Source of the DNA: Trypanosoma brucei | Lineage: Eukaryota | Direction of reading: 5' to 3' | DNA length: 64,000 nt | Assembly: GCA_000002445.1 (NCBI GenBank) | Contig: CP000066.1 | Coordinates: forward strand, 384,001 to 448,000 | Part shown: positions 1 through 12,342 of the stretch, piece by piece | Layout of the letters: every line of letters starts with the position of its first letter | How positions within the stretch are numbered: position 1 is the first letter of the stretch | Position numbers and translations under genes: made by a program | Notes under the pieces: generated by a model | Seen by the model: the letters and a program-made list of their open reading frames with translations, nothing else | Told to the model about the DNA's origin: nothing | Databases searched by the model: none

Positions 1-804
1 ACAGGGTCAAACACATGCTACCGGAAAGCAGGCTAGCCTATACCCACTCCCTTTCATAGACAGACAACTTTTTTTCTGGAACAAGTCCAGTTGCGCCATC
101 ATTTTAAGCGTTGAACGTAGTGGCTGCCATCGTACGGGTGCGCGGGGCCGTAGGTGCACACACCTTTCGGCCACATATGTCTACTTCAATTGAGGCTATG
201 ACGTTGCTTAACGCTAAGGTGAAATGACAACTCTACGTGAATAGGTGCTTTTATTTCAAACATGACCTAATAGTTACGAAATACATAACATTCTTTGATA
301 ACACAGCGGATTATTCACCACCCAACCACTATCACCTTGTCTTCTCGTATTTTCTCTCGCCCTTTCATTCCAGCACACTTACGAACTGGTATTTTCCACG
401 CTTCTTCTCATTTTTTTTGCATGCCCACACGGTCCTTAAAGTTCACAAATTTTAGTTTGTAACCCGCCTTCTAAATGATAGAAGTTGTTGTGACAAAAGC
501 GTAAGAGGTCGCCGAATACACATATCAACGCAGACGAAGCCACGACAAAAAAATTAAAAGGCACGCATAAAGCGACATATGTTATCCATAAGTACTAACA
601 CATTGGGTAACAACACCCCGAGGCATCGCATCTTCAACAAAAATGTAAAACAAATGATCATTAGCCACACTTTTACAGCGCCGAAATGTTATCTGCTTTT
701 CTTGTAAACCCCAAACCTCCCAAACATATTTAAAAAAAATTTAGCACAATTCTGATTTGTAACTTTTTCTTACCTCCGCTAAACCTACCTCTTTTAGCAC
801 CCAT

Positions 805-3800
805 CGATTAAGTACCTAGCATCTCCCTATGTTTACTTTTTGTTTGACATCTTTTAGCTAGCGGTCGACTTCGCATTACTACTTCACCCACTGCGGCGTT
901 AGGTCTGTTCGCGCTGGCAACAGTGATGCCCCCGGCACCTTCTGATTTAGTTGCATTGTTACGTGCCATGGTTTCAGCCGACGCATACCTTTAAACCTTG
1001 CTGTTTGGATTTCTGTGTGCCGCATCGGAGGGAGGCAGCGCTTCCTTTTCTACATCGTCGGGCCTAAACAACTTTACCAAGAAAATTTCCACATCTACGC
1101 GAAGCCGTTAACCTCTTTTCTCTGGTCTAATCAAGCCACATTATCCACTTAGTGCTCAGGGGCTATTCATTGTAGTAAGTGTGTGGGAGTTTCCACTCAC
1201 CCTACTCTTAGAGCGTCACAGCAGCCCTCTATTTTGTGCCCACGCCAGTGCTACAAGTTCTCGATGAGGGTACCTTGTTCCATACATTTTGTCGGGTGGT
1301 GCGTGCATTGGAGATTCTTTGGAACCGTTTTCAATGTCAGGAACGCTCCGCTTCTCAATCTCTTCCCATTCAATTTTTATCTGGGTGTTTGTTCCCATAA
1401 AGTAGAGTACCCCCCGCCACATCAATGCGCTCGGCTGCACCTTCAATAGAGTAATTGGCTCCGACGCCAAGACCACGTGGCCAGTGCCGTAAAGGTCTTC
1501 CGTTCGCCCGTAGGACCTGATTAAAGTTGAAAAGACGTCCAAATGCGTTGCGTTGGTGTGTGGAATAACGTGGCGACGAAAAGTGGTAACTTCAACAGAA
1601 GGTAGCGGCTTTCAGTGAAGGCTCTTTTTCCAAAGCGTCGTTGACACCTCACCCGCCAGTGAGGTAAGTGGCCGCTAATTTTACACCCATGGGGTTTCCT
1701 CAACTGGCAAAGCCCATTCTCTAAGGTTGAGCTTCCTGTGGCCTCGTCTGCTCGCAGGTGAAATTTATGCAGTTTTATTCTTCACTAACTGTTTGATTTT
1801 CCGCGTGGTGTAAAGTGGGCAACAAAAACGAGGGGGTATTATTGTAGGCATCAAGCAATCCTAAGGGTGTACTTCCTTCGGAGTGGACTCAAATTCTTTA
1901 CAACCAAGAGCCCTACCAATTAAAAAGAAGGTGCAAGCAAGAAACCTCACTGCGCGTACAAAAGTAAACAAAAGAGGTGAATAATAACGGCCGAATACTG
2001 TAAAAAAAAACTAATGCGGAACAGTTGTGTGTGTTGTGGTTTGATCAATGTTATTCGCAGCCTCGGGCTCCCACCAAAAAACTAAGACTTGTAGGAGAGT
2101 GGTGTGTGACAACCAAGCTTGGGTGTTCTTGCAGTCAGTCAGAAAGTGGTGGTTATTTTTCAATTATAACAATGAGCACTATAACTGTACTAAGGAACTT
2201 TAGAAAACAGACACGAAGAGTCTTGCCACTAGCAGTACCGTTGAGTTGGAGTCAAAGTTAAATTAGGAGCGGTTTCCAGTTCCCTGCAGACCACCAGAGT
2301 TAACACCAACCTCTTCTTCAGCATCTTTCAAAGTTCGCCACCGCTGGAGTGTCAGCAATTGCGCTTTAAATATCACCTCTCGACCATGTGGTGTTCTATG
2401 CGAGAAGTGATGTGGCTACCACAAACTTTGTGCCTTTTGTGTTCATTTCCATGGACCTCCCTAGAGTTCCATCAAGTAGCCCACCTGCATTCAATGTTTC
2501 ACTAACTGCATACTACAGTGGTGTACGCGGCATTCTAGCAACAGCCTTCCTCAGTCAGTCGTGTCTCACCTCGAGGTGTTTAATCTTGTGACGGCTACTT
2601 GGCGATGGTCTCTAAGTTCTTTGGCCGTAATGCACCTTATATTTGTGTCACTGACAGAATTCTCAAACCCACTATCTGTTGTGCGTTCCGCTAACCGCTG
2701 TAACGACCTATTGGCTTCTCCCACTTCCGCAGATGGGTCCTTCGTTTCTAGGAGATTGATTCGTAGCATCGTCTGCGTTCTTGTATGTCCTCCCTTCCTT
2801 TGCAAACACCCCCACCCTGTAACCCCCATACCCATCACCCTCATGTTCTTTTTGTTCACCTTACTCTCCTGTCCACCTATCTGTATCACCGGACTGTTGT
2901 TGTATCTCTACTCCAAAACATGCAACACTGTTCCACGTAACTTTCGCAATTTTCCTCACTACACAAATTTCCACGAACTCCTTAAACCTCCGAAAGCGAC
3001 GAATCGGCCCCACTTTGGTGATATCCCCCTCAACCTTGTCAAGTATCCCCCTGCTCTTCCCTTGTGATGCGGTTGTTGAAAACGACTAATACACACAAAA
3101 CTCCCAGTGTACTCCATCCTACCACAAAAAAAAAACATATAGTTGCATCCTCCATCGCCTGTTACCAACATTTGATTTCCGATTATTTTTTGTATGCGCA
3201 GCATAAAGTTCCTTAAATTACCCTCACACCATGATATTTATAGTGGTTAACAACAGTCTCTCTCCTATCGATAAAGGGGTGAACCAGCCGCTTTGCACAC
3301 ACTTTGTGCCCGGCTACATCTTTTTGTCTCTAAGGTGAGGGCATTTTCCCGTGAATTTATGATTTCACCGCATTTTTTTCCTCCAAATTTCTGCCAACTC
3401 TGTATTGAAACAACTGAACTCATTCTATCAAATATTCCGTTAATTCTTGAGCACATCAGCACACACTCTCGAAAACCCGGTGAATGCTGCGACAAAACCT
3501 CCATCGGAGCGATCACGCTTTAGACAGAAATGCAATTCCTGAGAACATTACCGATAAAACGTGTAACCATCCGCACTACATTCAACTCTACACTTTTCTG
3601 GGAGTCTTTACCACACACCTTTATCCCTTCTATTCACTTAAGGTGTTAAATCTAATTTACTCAATACCTATTTCAAGGGATTGTCAATTCCATCTTGTTA
3701 AAAAAGGGACAAACCAGCTTGGAAGGAGTTTTCCTTTCTATTCCGCATTCTTTCACTTCACGGGATACTGAGAGTATTGTTCAGTCAATATTATTGAAAA

Positions 3801-5567
3801 AAAAATGTCAACACACTGCTGTAGCAAAAAAAAAAAAGAAAGCATAACTTGAGTGATATTTGAATCACATCACGTCGCTTACTATATGAATTTCCCATTT
3901 ACATTTGCTATCCTCTAATTCACATCCCTCCCCTGCCTTGAATCCACTAGTGTTTACCTGTTGTTGACGTTACCATCGTTAAACGTCAGAAGAGCCTTTT
4001 TTGGAATCACGCCCGTGCTCATTCTGACGTTGCTTTCCTTTTCTCTTAGTTTCCCGTCTTACCTGATATTTGCCAATTCAAACCAGGTTTTACTTAATTT
4101 TTGGCATTGCCAATTTTCCTGTTTGACTCTTCAAACTCTTTTTGTAGCTTTTCAATGGCATCTGCGAGCGTTCTCTTATCATTCTCGTAGTCTTTCAGAT
4201 CCCTCATTTCGTTGAAAACTTTTAACAACTCCCTCATCCACGGTATATTCTTAATATCTCTGTTCCTACCCCTAACCACGTAGCGCACACGGTGGCCAGG
4301 GGCTTCTTGGGGCAGAATCCAGAGCCGCCAGAAGCTGAACTTTCTCCTATCACCAAAGACATAGGTAGTTCCGGTACATCCATCAACACCGTGGTTAATC
4401 ATGTCGCGGAAGTCGTTTACTAGTTTGTTAAACCCTTCTTGTGGGCCTTCCATACTTGAGCACTGTTCTTTGAGAAAATACCACCTTTCCCCCGCGTCTT
4501 CATCTGGTCTCCACACCGCCCTATTATCTCCCCTAGCGCAACGACTACAGCAGAGCTGAGTTTCTCTTCCCAAATTCATACGAGGCGCGCACAAACACAA
4601 CAAATCCCTACTCAATGATACGGACGCTTTAAGCTTTTGTGAACGTGAGAGTTGCTGCTCACATACCTGTCTCCTGTCGGAACTGCGTGCTTTAATTTCT
4701 TGTGGTCGATATGGAACACCATACAGCGCGCGATTAATACCTTTTTCGAGATCACTTGCTTTCAAAACCCATCTCCGATTTTTGGTTATATTTTGGAATA
4801 TCTGCGCAACGGAAAGAACCTTTTTTCTAATCTCCACCACTTCACGTTCGGACAATCCTCCTACCGAAAGTAGGGTTGTATTTCCCCTAGTTGCCAATTC
4901 TTTTTTCGATTCATTCCAAAACACTTTGTGGAGTGCACAGTTTCTTTTCCCCGCGCCTTCGCAAGTTTTGTTCAAATCCCTGTCTCCACTCATTTCCAAA
5001 TACATTGCTCCAATTCGAGCCGCCCCTTTAGTGATTTCCTGTGCTTCTTTCATCTTTCCAAGTGCTGCTTCTGCCAAATTTATCATGCCACACAATGTCT
5101 TAAACTCATCCCCGTTAACTATCCGCCGATCACCCGAGACAGTTGCCGGGAATACCAGCGCAAGCAAAACAGTGCAAAGATTTATAGCGCGCATTCTCTC
5201 CCTTCACTTCAATCAACAACTTCACCTCTTAAAAATACACAAGAAGATCATATAAAAATGCGAATGCATACCCCACATGCACCTTTGAATAAGTTATAGG
5301 AGTTGATAGAAAGGTAAATATACTACAAGTCAAATACCAACATTTGATGGATGTGCTTCTAAAAGTAAAAAAAGACTTAAGTAGTGTTAGATGGCAGTTT
5401 ACAAAAGTGGAGGTAAGTGTCCTTGGTGCCAAATCGACGCATGCTCTGGCATTTCATTTGGACCTTGATTTCTGCTGTAGGGAGGTTGCATCACTTCCGT
5501 AAATCTTGGGCTTATCCACTGTAGAAATAACCTATGACACTTTATACTTCCGAAGAATTAACTTTTT
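805..5567. repeat. Tandem segmental duplication, unit 1 (~4.76 kb). It carries one surface/secreted-protein gene plus ~3.3 kb of 3' flank.
   Basis: Direct alignment by eye. 805-5567 matches 6874-11636 at an offset of 6068-6069 bp with near identity; examples are 811 'gtacctagcatctccctatgtttac' = 6880, and ORF 1183..1449 = ORF 7251..7517 with 100% protein identity. The left boundary is at ~805/6874 and the right boundary at ~5567/11636, where the flanks diverge. Confidence 0.9.
4094..5194 (-). CDS. Secreted/surface glycoprotein-like protein, family member A (366 aa). It has an N-terminal signal peptide and many N-glycosylation sequons.
   Basis: Long intact ORF. The N-terminus MRAINLCTVLLALVFPATVSG is a hydrophobic signal-peptide-like segment followed by a mature region. 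It shares motifs with two paralogs (NG[DN]EFKTLCG, D[LI]LCLC[AK]P, IPW[ML][RK]xL). Several NxT/S sequons are present (NKT, NES, NTT, NIT). The C-terminus has no hydrophobic tail, so a GPI anchor is not supported. Confidence 0.7.
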   Translation of the reverse strand: MRAINLCTVLLALVFPATVSGDRRIVNGDEFKTLCGMINLAEAALGKMKEAQEITKGAARIGAMYLEMSGDRDLNKTCEGAGKRNCALHKVFWNESKKELATRGNTTLLSVGGLSEREVVEIRKKVLSVAQIFQNITKNRRWVLKASDLEKGINRALYGVPYRPQEIKARSSDRRQVCEQQLSRSQKLKASVSLSRDLLCLCAPRMNLGRETQLCCSRCARGDNRAVWRPDEDAGERWYFLKEQCSSMEGPQEGFNKLVNDFRDMINHGVDGCTGTTYVFGDRRKFSFWRLWILPQEAPGHRVRYVVRGRNRDIKNIPWMRELLKVFNEMRDLKDYENDKRTLADAIEKLQKEFEESNRKIGNAKN

Positions 5568-6873
5568 TCATTGTTATTTTCTTTGAGGAACACAGAAAAT
5601 CTGTACGAAGGTGGTTTTGAGTTGGGCTTTTGTTTTCACCAGTTTCTTCTGCATTTCGCATCCACAAAGTTTTGCAGACTCTACTTTGGTTGCCTGTTAT
5701 TTCGTTTGCCTTAGTAGTTGCATTTTTTTCTTTCAGTTTTGGCATACATAAACAAACGCCGTTACTGGTGCCGTCGTAAATTAAGCAAAGGCGGTGCCGC
5801 AACGTAAATTTGCCCGAACATTGGCGAGTGCCCAGTTCTTCATCTCCTCTAAACGAGCGGGAAATCTCATTCTGACTTGACCTCTGCGGTTTGTGTTTCT
5901 CCAAAGGAACCGCTCATACATCTGACACATCTAAAAACGCAAGTTTCAATGCAACACCACTATGTTTTCGGCAGTCTCTGTCATTCAAAAATTATTATCC
6001 CCATAGCAACCATTCAATCTTCCAATTATTTTCCACAAACCCGACTGTGACATTAAGAATTATCGTGCGCTTTCCAGTTGAGATGACGTGCACATAGGAG
6101 AGACAAATTCAAAAGATAGAGTAAAAATGTTAAAGTTAAGTTTGCTAATAAAGCGATATCGTTTTTGAACCATCGGGTAGTCACATTTTTGATGGTTAGG
6201 TTAACAAAATGCTGTTTTTACAGGAAAACATCAGAGTTGTCCGTGACGTGTCTTAATCAGTTACGTCGCTGAATTCCAAGCTACTAAGAGCGGTCCCGCG
6301 TTAATTTTTCCAGATCTTAAACCGCTAAATGTATCATTTTCTAGTTAACCTCAAGTTCTGATGCATTTTCACGCAGGAGCCTGCACCCAAAATTGTAATT
6401 CGAGGCTACGTTACAAAACACCACCTAAAACGCACAATTACAACTCTTCATCTCCAGCACTTGGACGTGCGCATCGCACACAATGACCACCTGCCTTCTT
6501 TGAACTCAATCTGATGCAGAAAAAAAGCGCATCTCCCCTCTCCGACAGCGAAAAAAGCATGCATGCACCCACAATCGCCACGAAAATAGTTTCCCCTCTC
6601 ACCATAAAATCTTCCAATAATCCTTAATCTACCTAAAAAAATATAAGAACAGAGTAAGTGACCACGTATAGAATCATTCCCAATCAAACCGTTCACTACG
6701 AGCAAGACTATGTCATATGCCGATCACTTGATCCGCACATTTCATCAAGCTTGCCACGTACTGTCTTTATCCCATTAGCTACTAATCATCGGTTTTATTA
6801 CCTATTTCCCACCAATCCCGCACGTCCACCAATAAGAGCAATTTACATTTTACGCAGTACGCCAGTGCTCCTC

Positions 6874-9800
6874 GATTAAGTACCTAGCATCTCCCTATGT
6901 TTACTTTTTGTTTGACATCTTTTAGCTAGCGGTCGACTTCGCATTACTACTTCACCCACTGCGGCGTTAGGTCTGTTCGCGCTGGCAACAGTGATGCCCC
7001 CGGCACCTTCTGATTTAGTTGCATTGTTACGTGCCATGGTTTCAGCTGACGCATACCTTTAAACCTTGCTGTTTGGATTTCTGTGTGCCGCATCGGAGGG
7101 AGGCAGCGCTTCCTTTTCTACATCGTCGGGCCTAAACAACTTTACCAAGAAAATTTCCACATCTACGCGAAGCCGTTAACCTCTTTTCTCTGGTCTAATC
7201 AAGCCACATTATCCACTTAGTGCTCAGGGGCTATTCATTGTAGTAAGTGTGTGGGAGTTTCCACTCACCCTACTCTTAGAGCGTCACAGCAGCCCTCTAT
7301 TTTGTGCCCACGCCAGTGCTACAAGTTCTCGATGAGGGTACCTTGTTCCATACATTTTGTCGGGTGGTGCGTGCATTGGAGATTCTTTGGAACCGTTTTC
7401 AATGTCAGGAACGCTCCGCTTCTCAATCTCTTCCCATTCAATTTTTATCTGGGTGTTTGTTCCCATAAAGTAGAGTACCCCCCGCCACATCAATGCGCTC
7501 GGCTGCACCTTCAATAGAGTAATTGGCTCCGACGCCAAGACCACGTGGCCAGTGCCGTAAAGGTCTTCCGTTCGCCCGTAGGACCTGATTAAAGTTGAAA
7601 AGACGTCCAAATGCGTTGCGTTGGTGTGTGGAATAACGTGGCGACGAAAAGTGGTAACTTCAACAGAAGGTAGCGGCTTTCAGTGAAGGCTCTTTTTCCA
7701 AAGCGTCGTTGACACCTCACCCGCCAGTGAGGTAAGTGGCCGCTAATTTTACACCCATGGGGTTTCCTCAACTGGCAAAGCCCATTCTCTAAGGTTGAGC
7801 TTCCTGTGGCCTCGTCTGCTCGCAGGTGAAATTTATGCAGTTTTATTCTTCACTAACTGTTTGATTTTCCGCGTGGTGTAAAGTGGGCAACAAAAACGAG
7901 GGGGTATTATTGTAGGCATCAAGCAATCCTAAGGGTGTACTTCCTTCGGAGTGGACTCAAATTCTTTACAACCAAGAGCCCTACCAATTAAAAAGAAGGT
8001 GCAAGCAAGAAACCTCACTGCGCGTACAAAAGTAAACAAAAGAGGTGAATAATAACGGCCGAATACTGTAAAAAAAAACTAATGCGGAACAGTTGTGTGT
8101 GTTGTGGTTTGATCAATGTTATTCGCAGCCTCGGGCTCCCACCAAAAAACTAAGACTTGTAGGAGAGTGGTGTGTGACAACCAAGCTTGGGTGTTCTTGC
8201 AGTCAGTCAGAAAGTGGTGGTTATTTTTCAATTATAACAATGAGCACTATAACTGTACTAAGGAACTTTAGAAAACAGACACGAAGAGTCTTGCCACTAG
8301 CAGTACCGTTGAGTTGGAGTCAAAGTTAAATTAGGAGCGGTTTCCAGTTCCCTGCAGACCACCAGAGTTAACACCAACCTCTTCTTCAGCATCTTTCAAA
8401 GTTCGCCACCGCTGGAGTGTCAGCAATTGCGCTTTAAATATCACCTCTCGACCATGTGGTGTTCTATGCGAGAAGTGATGTGGCTACCACAAACTTTGTG
8501 CCTTTTGTGTTCATTTCCATGGACCTCCCTAGAGTTCCATCAAGTAGCCCACCTGCATTCAATGTTTCACTAACTGCATACTACAGTGGTGTACGCGGCA
8601 TTCTAGCAACAGCCTTCCTCAGTCAGTCGTGTCTCACCTCGAGGTGTTTAATCTTGTGACGGCTACTTGGCGATGGTCTCTAAGTTCTTTGGCCGTAATG
8701 CACCTTCCATTTGTGTCACTGACAGAATTCTCAAACCCACTATCTGTTGTGCGTTCCGCTAACCGCTGTAACGACCTATTGGCTTCTCCCACTTCCGCAG
8801 ATGGGTCCTTCGTTTCTAGGAGATTGATTCGTAGCATCGTCTGCGTTCTTGTATGTCCTCCCTTCCTTTGCAAACACCCCCACCCTGTAACCCCCATACC
8901 CATCACCCTCATGTTCTTTTTGTTCACCTTACTCTCCTGTCCACCTATCTGTATCACCGGACTGTTGTTGTATCTCTACTCCAAAACATGCAACACCGTT
9001 CCACGTAACTTTCGCAATTTTCCTCACTACACAAATTTCCACGAACTCCTTAAACCTCCGAAAGCGACGAATCGGCCCCACTTTGGTGATATCCCCCTCA
9101 ACCTTGTCAAGTATCCCCCTGCTCTTCCCTTGTGATGCGGTTGTTGAAAACGACTAATACACACAAAACTCCCAGTGTACTCCATCCTACCACAAAAAAA
9201 AACATATAGTTGCATCCTCCATCGCCTGTTACCAACATTTGATTTCCGATTATTTTTTGTATGCGCAGCATAAAGTTCCTTAAATTACCCTCACACCATG
9301 ATATTTATAGTGGTTAACAACAGTCTCTCTCCTATCGATAAAGGGGTGAACCAGCCGCTTTGCACACACTTTGTGCCCGGCTACATCTTTTTGTCTCTAA
9401 GGTGAGGGCATTTTCCCGTGAATTTATGATTTCACCGCATTTTTTTCCTCCAAATTTCTGCCAACTCTGTATTGAAACAACTGAACTCATTCTATCAAAT
9501 ATTCCGTTAATTCTTGAGCACATCAGCACACACTCTCGAAAACCCGGTGAATGCTGCGACAAAACCTCCATCGGAGCGATCACGCTTTAGACAGAAATGC
9601 AATTCCTGAGAACATTACCGATAAAACGTGTAACCATCCGCACTACATTCAACTCTACACTTTTCTGGGAGTCTTTACCACACACCTTTATCCCTTCTAT
9701 TCACTTAAGGTGTTAAATCTAATTTACTCAATACCTATTTCAAGGGATTGTCAATTCCATCTTGTTAAAAAAGGGACAAACCAGCTTGGAAGGAGTTTTC

Positions 9801-11636
9801 CTTTCTATTCCGCATTCTTTCACTTCACGGGATACTGAGAGTATTGTTCAGTCAATATTATTGAAAAAAAAATGTCAACACACTGCTGTAGCAAAAAAAA
9901 AAAAAAGAAAGCATAACTTGAGTGATATTTGAATCACATCACGTCGCTTACTATATGAATTTCCCATTTACATTTGCTATCCTCTAATTCACATCCCTCC
10001 CCTGCCTTGAATCCACTAGTGTTTACCTGTTGTTGACGTTACCATCGTTAAACGTCAGAAGAGCCTTTTTTGGAATCACGCCCGTGCTCATTCTGACGTT
10101 GCTTTCCTTTTCTCTTAGTTTCCCGTCTTACCTGATATTTGCCAATTCAAACCAGGTTTTACTTAATTTTTGGCATTGCCAATTTTCCTGTTTGACTCTT
10201 CAAACTCTTTTTGTAGCTTTTCAATGGCATCTGCGAGCGTTCTCTTATCATTCTCGTAGTCTTTCAGATCCCTCATTTCGTTGAAAACTTTTAACAACTC
10301 CCTCATCCACGGTATATTCTTAATATCTCTGTTCCTACCCCTAACCACGTAGCGCACACGGTGACCTGCGAGACTGTGTGCCATGATCGGATAGCGCCAA
10401 AAGCTGAATCCAACCCCACCCCCCAAAGTATATGCCGTCCCTCTGCATTCATCTTCACCGCCGTACGTAGCCTTGCGAAAGTTGTCCACCAGTTTGTTAA
10501 ACCCTTCTTGTGGGCCTTCCATACTTGAGCACTGCTTTTTAAGGAAGTGCCATCTTCCAGTTGCATTCTTATTTGTTTCCCACATACCTTCATTTTGATT
10601 CCTAACACACTCTTTGCAGCAAAGATGGGCTTTCCATCCCAAATTCATACGAGGCGCGCACAAACACAACAAATCCCTACTCAATGATACGGACGCTTTA
10701 AGCTTTTGTGAACGTGAGAGTTGCTGCTCACATACCTGTCTCCTGTCGGAACTGCGTGCTTTAATTTCTTGTGGTCGATATGGAACACCATACAGCGCGC
10801 GATTAATACCTTTTTCGAGATCACTTGCTTTCAAAACCCATCTCCGATTTTTGGTTATATTTTGGAATATCTGCGCAACGGAAAGAACCTTTTTTCTAAT
10901 CTCCACCACTTCACGTTCGGACAATCCTCCTACCGAAAGTAGGGTTGTATTTCCCCTAGTTGCCAATTCTTTTTTCGATTCATTCCAAAACACTTTGTGG
11001 AGTGCACAGTTTCTTTTCCCCGCGCCTTCGCAAGTTTTGTTCAAATCCCTGTCTCCACTCATTTCCAAATACATTGCTCCAATTCGAGCCGCCCCTTTAG
11101 TGATTTCCTGTGCTTCTTTCATCTTTCCAAGTGCTGCTTCTGCCAAATTTATCATGCCACACAATGTCTTAAACTCATTCCCGTTAACCAGCCATTCCGA
11201 ACCCGAGACAGTTGCCGGGAATACCAGCGCAAGCAAAACAGTGCAAAGATTTATAGCGCGCATTCTCTCCCTTCACTTCAATCAACAACTTCACCTCTTA
11301 AAAATACACAAGAAGATCATATAAAAATGCGAATGCATACCCCACATGCACCTTTGAATAAGTTATAGGAGTTGATAGAAAGGTAAATATACTACAAGTC
11401 AAATACCAACATTTGATGGATGTGCTTCTAAAAGTAAAAAAAGACTTAAGTAGTGTTAGATGGCAGTTTACAAAAGTGGAGGTAAGTGTCCTTGGTGCCA
11501 AATCGACGCATGCTCTGGCATTTCATTTGGACCTTGATTTCTGCTGTAGGGAGGTTGCATCACTTCCGTAAATCTTGGGCTTATCCACTGTAGAAATAAC
11601 CTATGACACTTTATACTTCCGAAGAATTAACTTTTG
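6874..11636. repeat. Tandem segmental duplication, unit 2. It is separated from unit 1 by a ~1.3 kb unique spacer.
   Basis: Same alignment as unit 1. Only scattered SNPs and homopolymer-length differences occur outside the CDS, for example A10 at 3120 vs A9 at 9190, and 2630 'ccttatattt' vs 8699 'ccttccattt'. Confidence 0.9.
10163..11263 (-). CDS. Secreted/surface glycoprotein-like protein, family member B (366 aa). It is the duplicate of member A with mosaic divergent segments.
   Basis: Same length and frame as 4094..5194. It is identical over most of its length but differs at VSGSEWLVNGNE vs VSGDRRIVNGDE, and in a ~90 aa block (NLGWKAHLCCKECVRNQNEGMWETNKNATGRWHFLKK...TYGGEDECRGTAYTLGGGVGFSFWRYPIMAHSLAGHRV vs NLGRETQLCCSRCARGDNRAVWRPDEDAGERWYFLKE...INHGVDGCTGTTYVFGDRRKFSFWRLWILPQEAPGHRV). 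Confidence 0.7.
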   Translation of the reverse strand: MRAINLCTVLLALVFPATVSGSEWLVNGNEFKTLCGMINLAEAALGKMKEAQEITKGAARIGAMYLEMSGDRDLNKTCEGAGKRNCALHKVFWNESKKELATRGNTTLLSVGGLSEREVVEIRKKVLSVAQIFQNITKNRRWVLKASDLEKGINRALYGVPYRPQEIKARSSDRRQVCEQQLSRSQKLKASVSLSRDLLCLCAPRMNLGWKAHLCCKECVRNQNEGMWETNKNATGRWHFLKKQCSSMEGPQEGFNKLVDNFRKATYGGEDECRGTAYTLGGGVGFSFWRYPIMAHSLAGHRVRYVVRGRNRDIKNIPWMRELLKVFNEMRDLKDYENDKRTLADAIEKLQKEFEESNRKIGNAKN

Positions 11637-12342
11637 TTTGTTTTTTCCCTTTATGCTAGTTGTTCCAGCCATTGCTCGACGTCTTCTATAAACTGAAGTT
11701 TACAGTTGGTGGAGTCGAGTCATTAAAAGGTTATTGAGATGTAATAATACTCTGTAGCGTGAAGCATCATCATTGAATATGAAATGAACTTCCCCAACAA
11801 CATCGACCATCTGACGCAACGCCACACACTTCACTCGAGTGCACCCCTTCACCCTCCACTTACTATCATAACGGGCGCACAAAAACAAAGACTGCAACCA
11901 AAGCCTGTCAGAACCATGATTTACGAAAATCATAAAACAGAAACTTCCACGGATAAGTTAGCATACGGCATTTACGTCTGAGCCGTCTGCCTTCGAAACT
12001 GAATATCAGCTTCCGATCTCACACAAAAACTTGGCATAAGTTTCCTGTACCAGCAGGAGCCACACAAAAATATAACAAATGCACATAAACAAAACCTCCT
12101 TCCTCCCCCTCCAGCTTTTTATTATAAATCACAATCATGTTAATATATGTAAGTATCTGCCACCACAGCGAAAACTAAAAATGTTTACATTACACCTCGC
12201 ACACCCCCCATTATATTTTATGCCATCCAAAGGGAAGCACATATTGAAACAGAAACATTTGATTAATTTTTCCGACGGTATTAAAAAAACCCATGTATCT
12301 TATCATAAATATAATAGTTTTAATATTTATATGCATATATTT

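Noticed and set aside
2561-3067. 168-aa plus-strand ORF, and its twin at 8629..9135, in the conserved 3' flank of each duplicon.
   Set aside because: It is Pro/Leu/Cys-rich and low-complexity, with no family resemblance. Its identity between copies is explained by the DNA duplication and not by selection on a protein.
5568-6873. Retroelement (ingi/RIME/SLACS-like) in the spacer or in the 3' flanks.
   Set aside because: No reverse-transcriptase (YxDD), endonuclease or poly-A-tail plus target-site-duplication signature could be recognised. The ORFs there are short and featureless.
10614-11324. Plus-strand 236-aa ORF, with similar plus-strand ORFs at 4782..5255, 4928..5299 and 10997..11368, overlapping the surface-protein genes.
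   Set aside because: These are antisense shadow ORFs of the minus-strand 366-aa CDS. Their composition is Ser/Phe/Leu-rich and non-protein-like, they have no independent motif, and they are duplicated only because the locus is duplicated.
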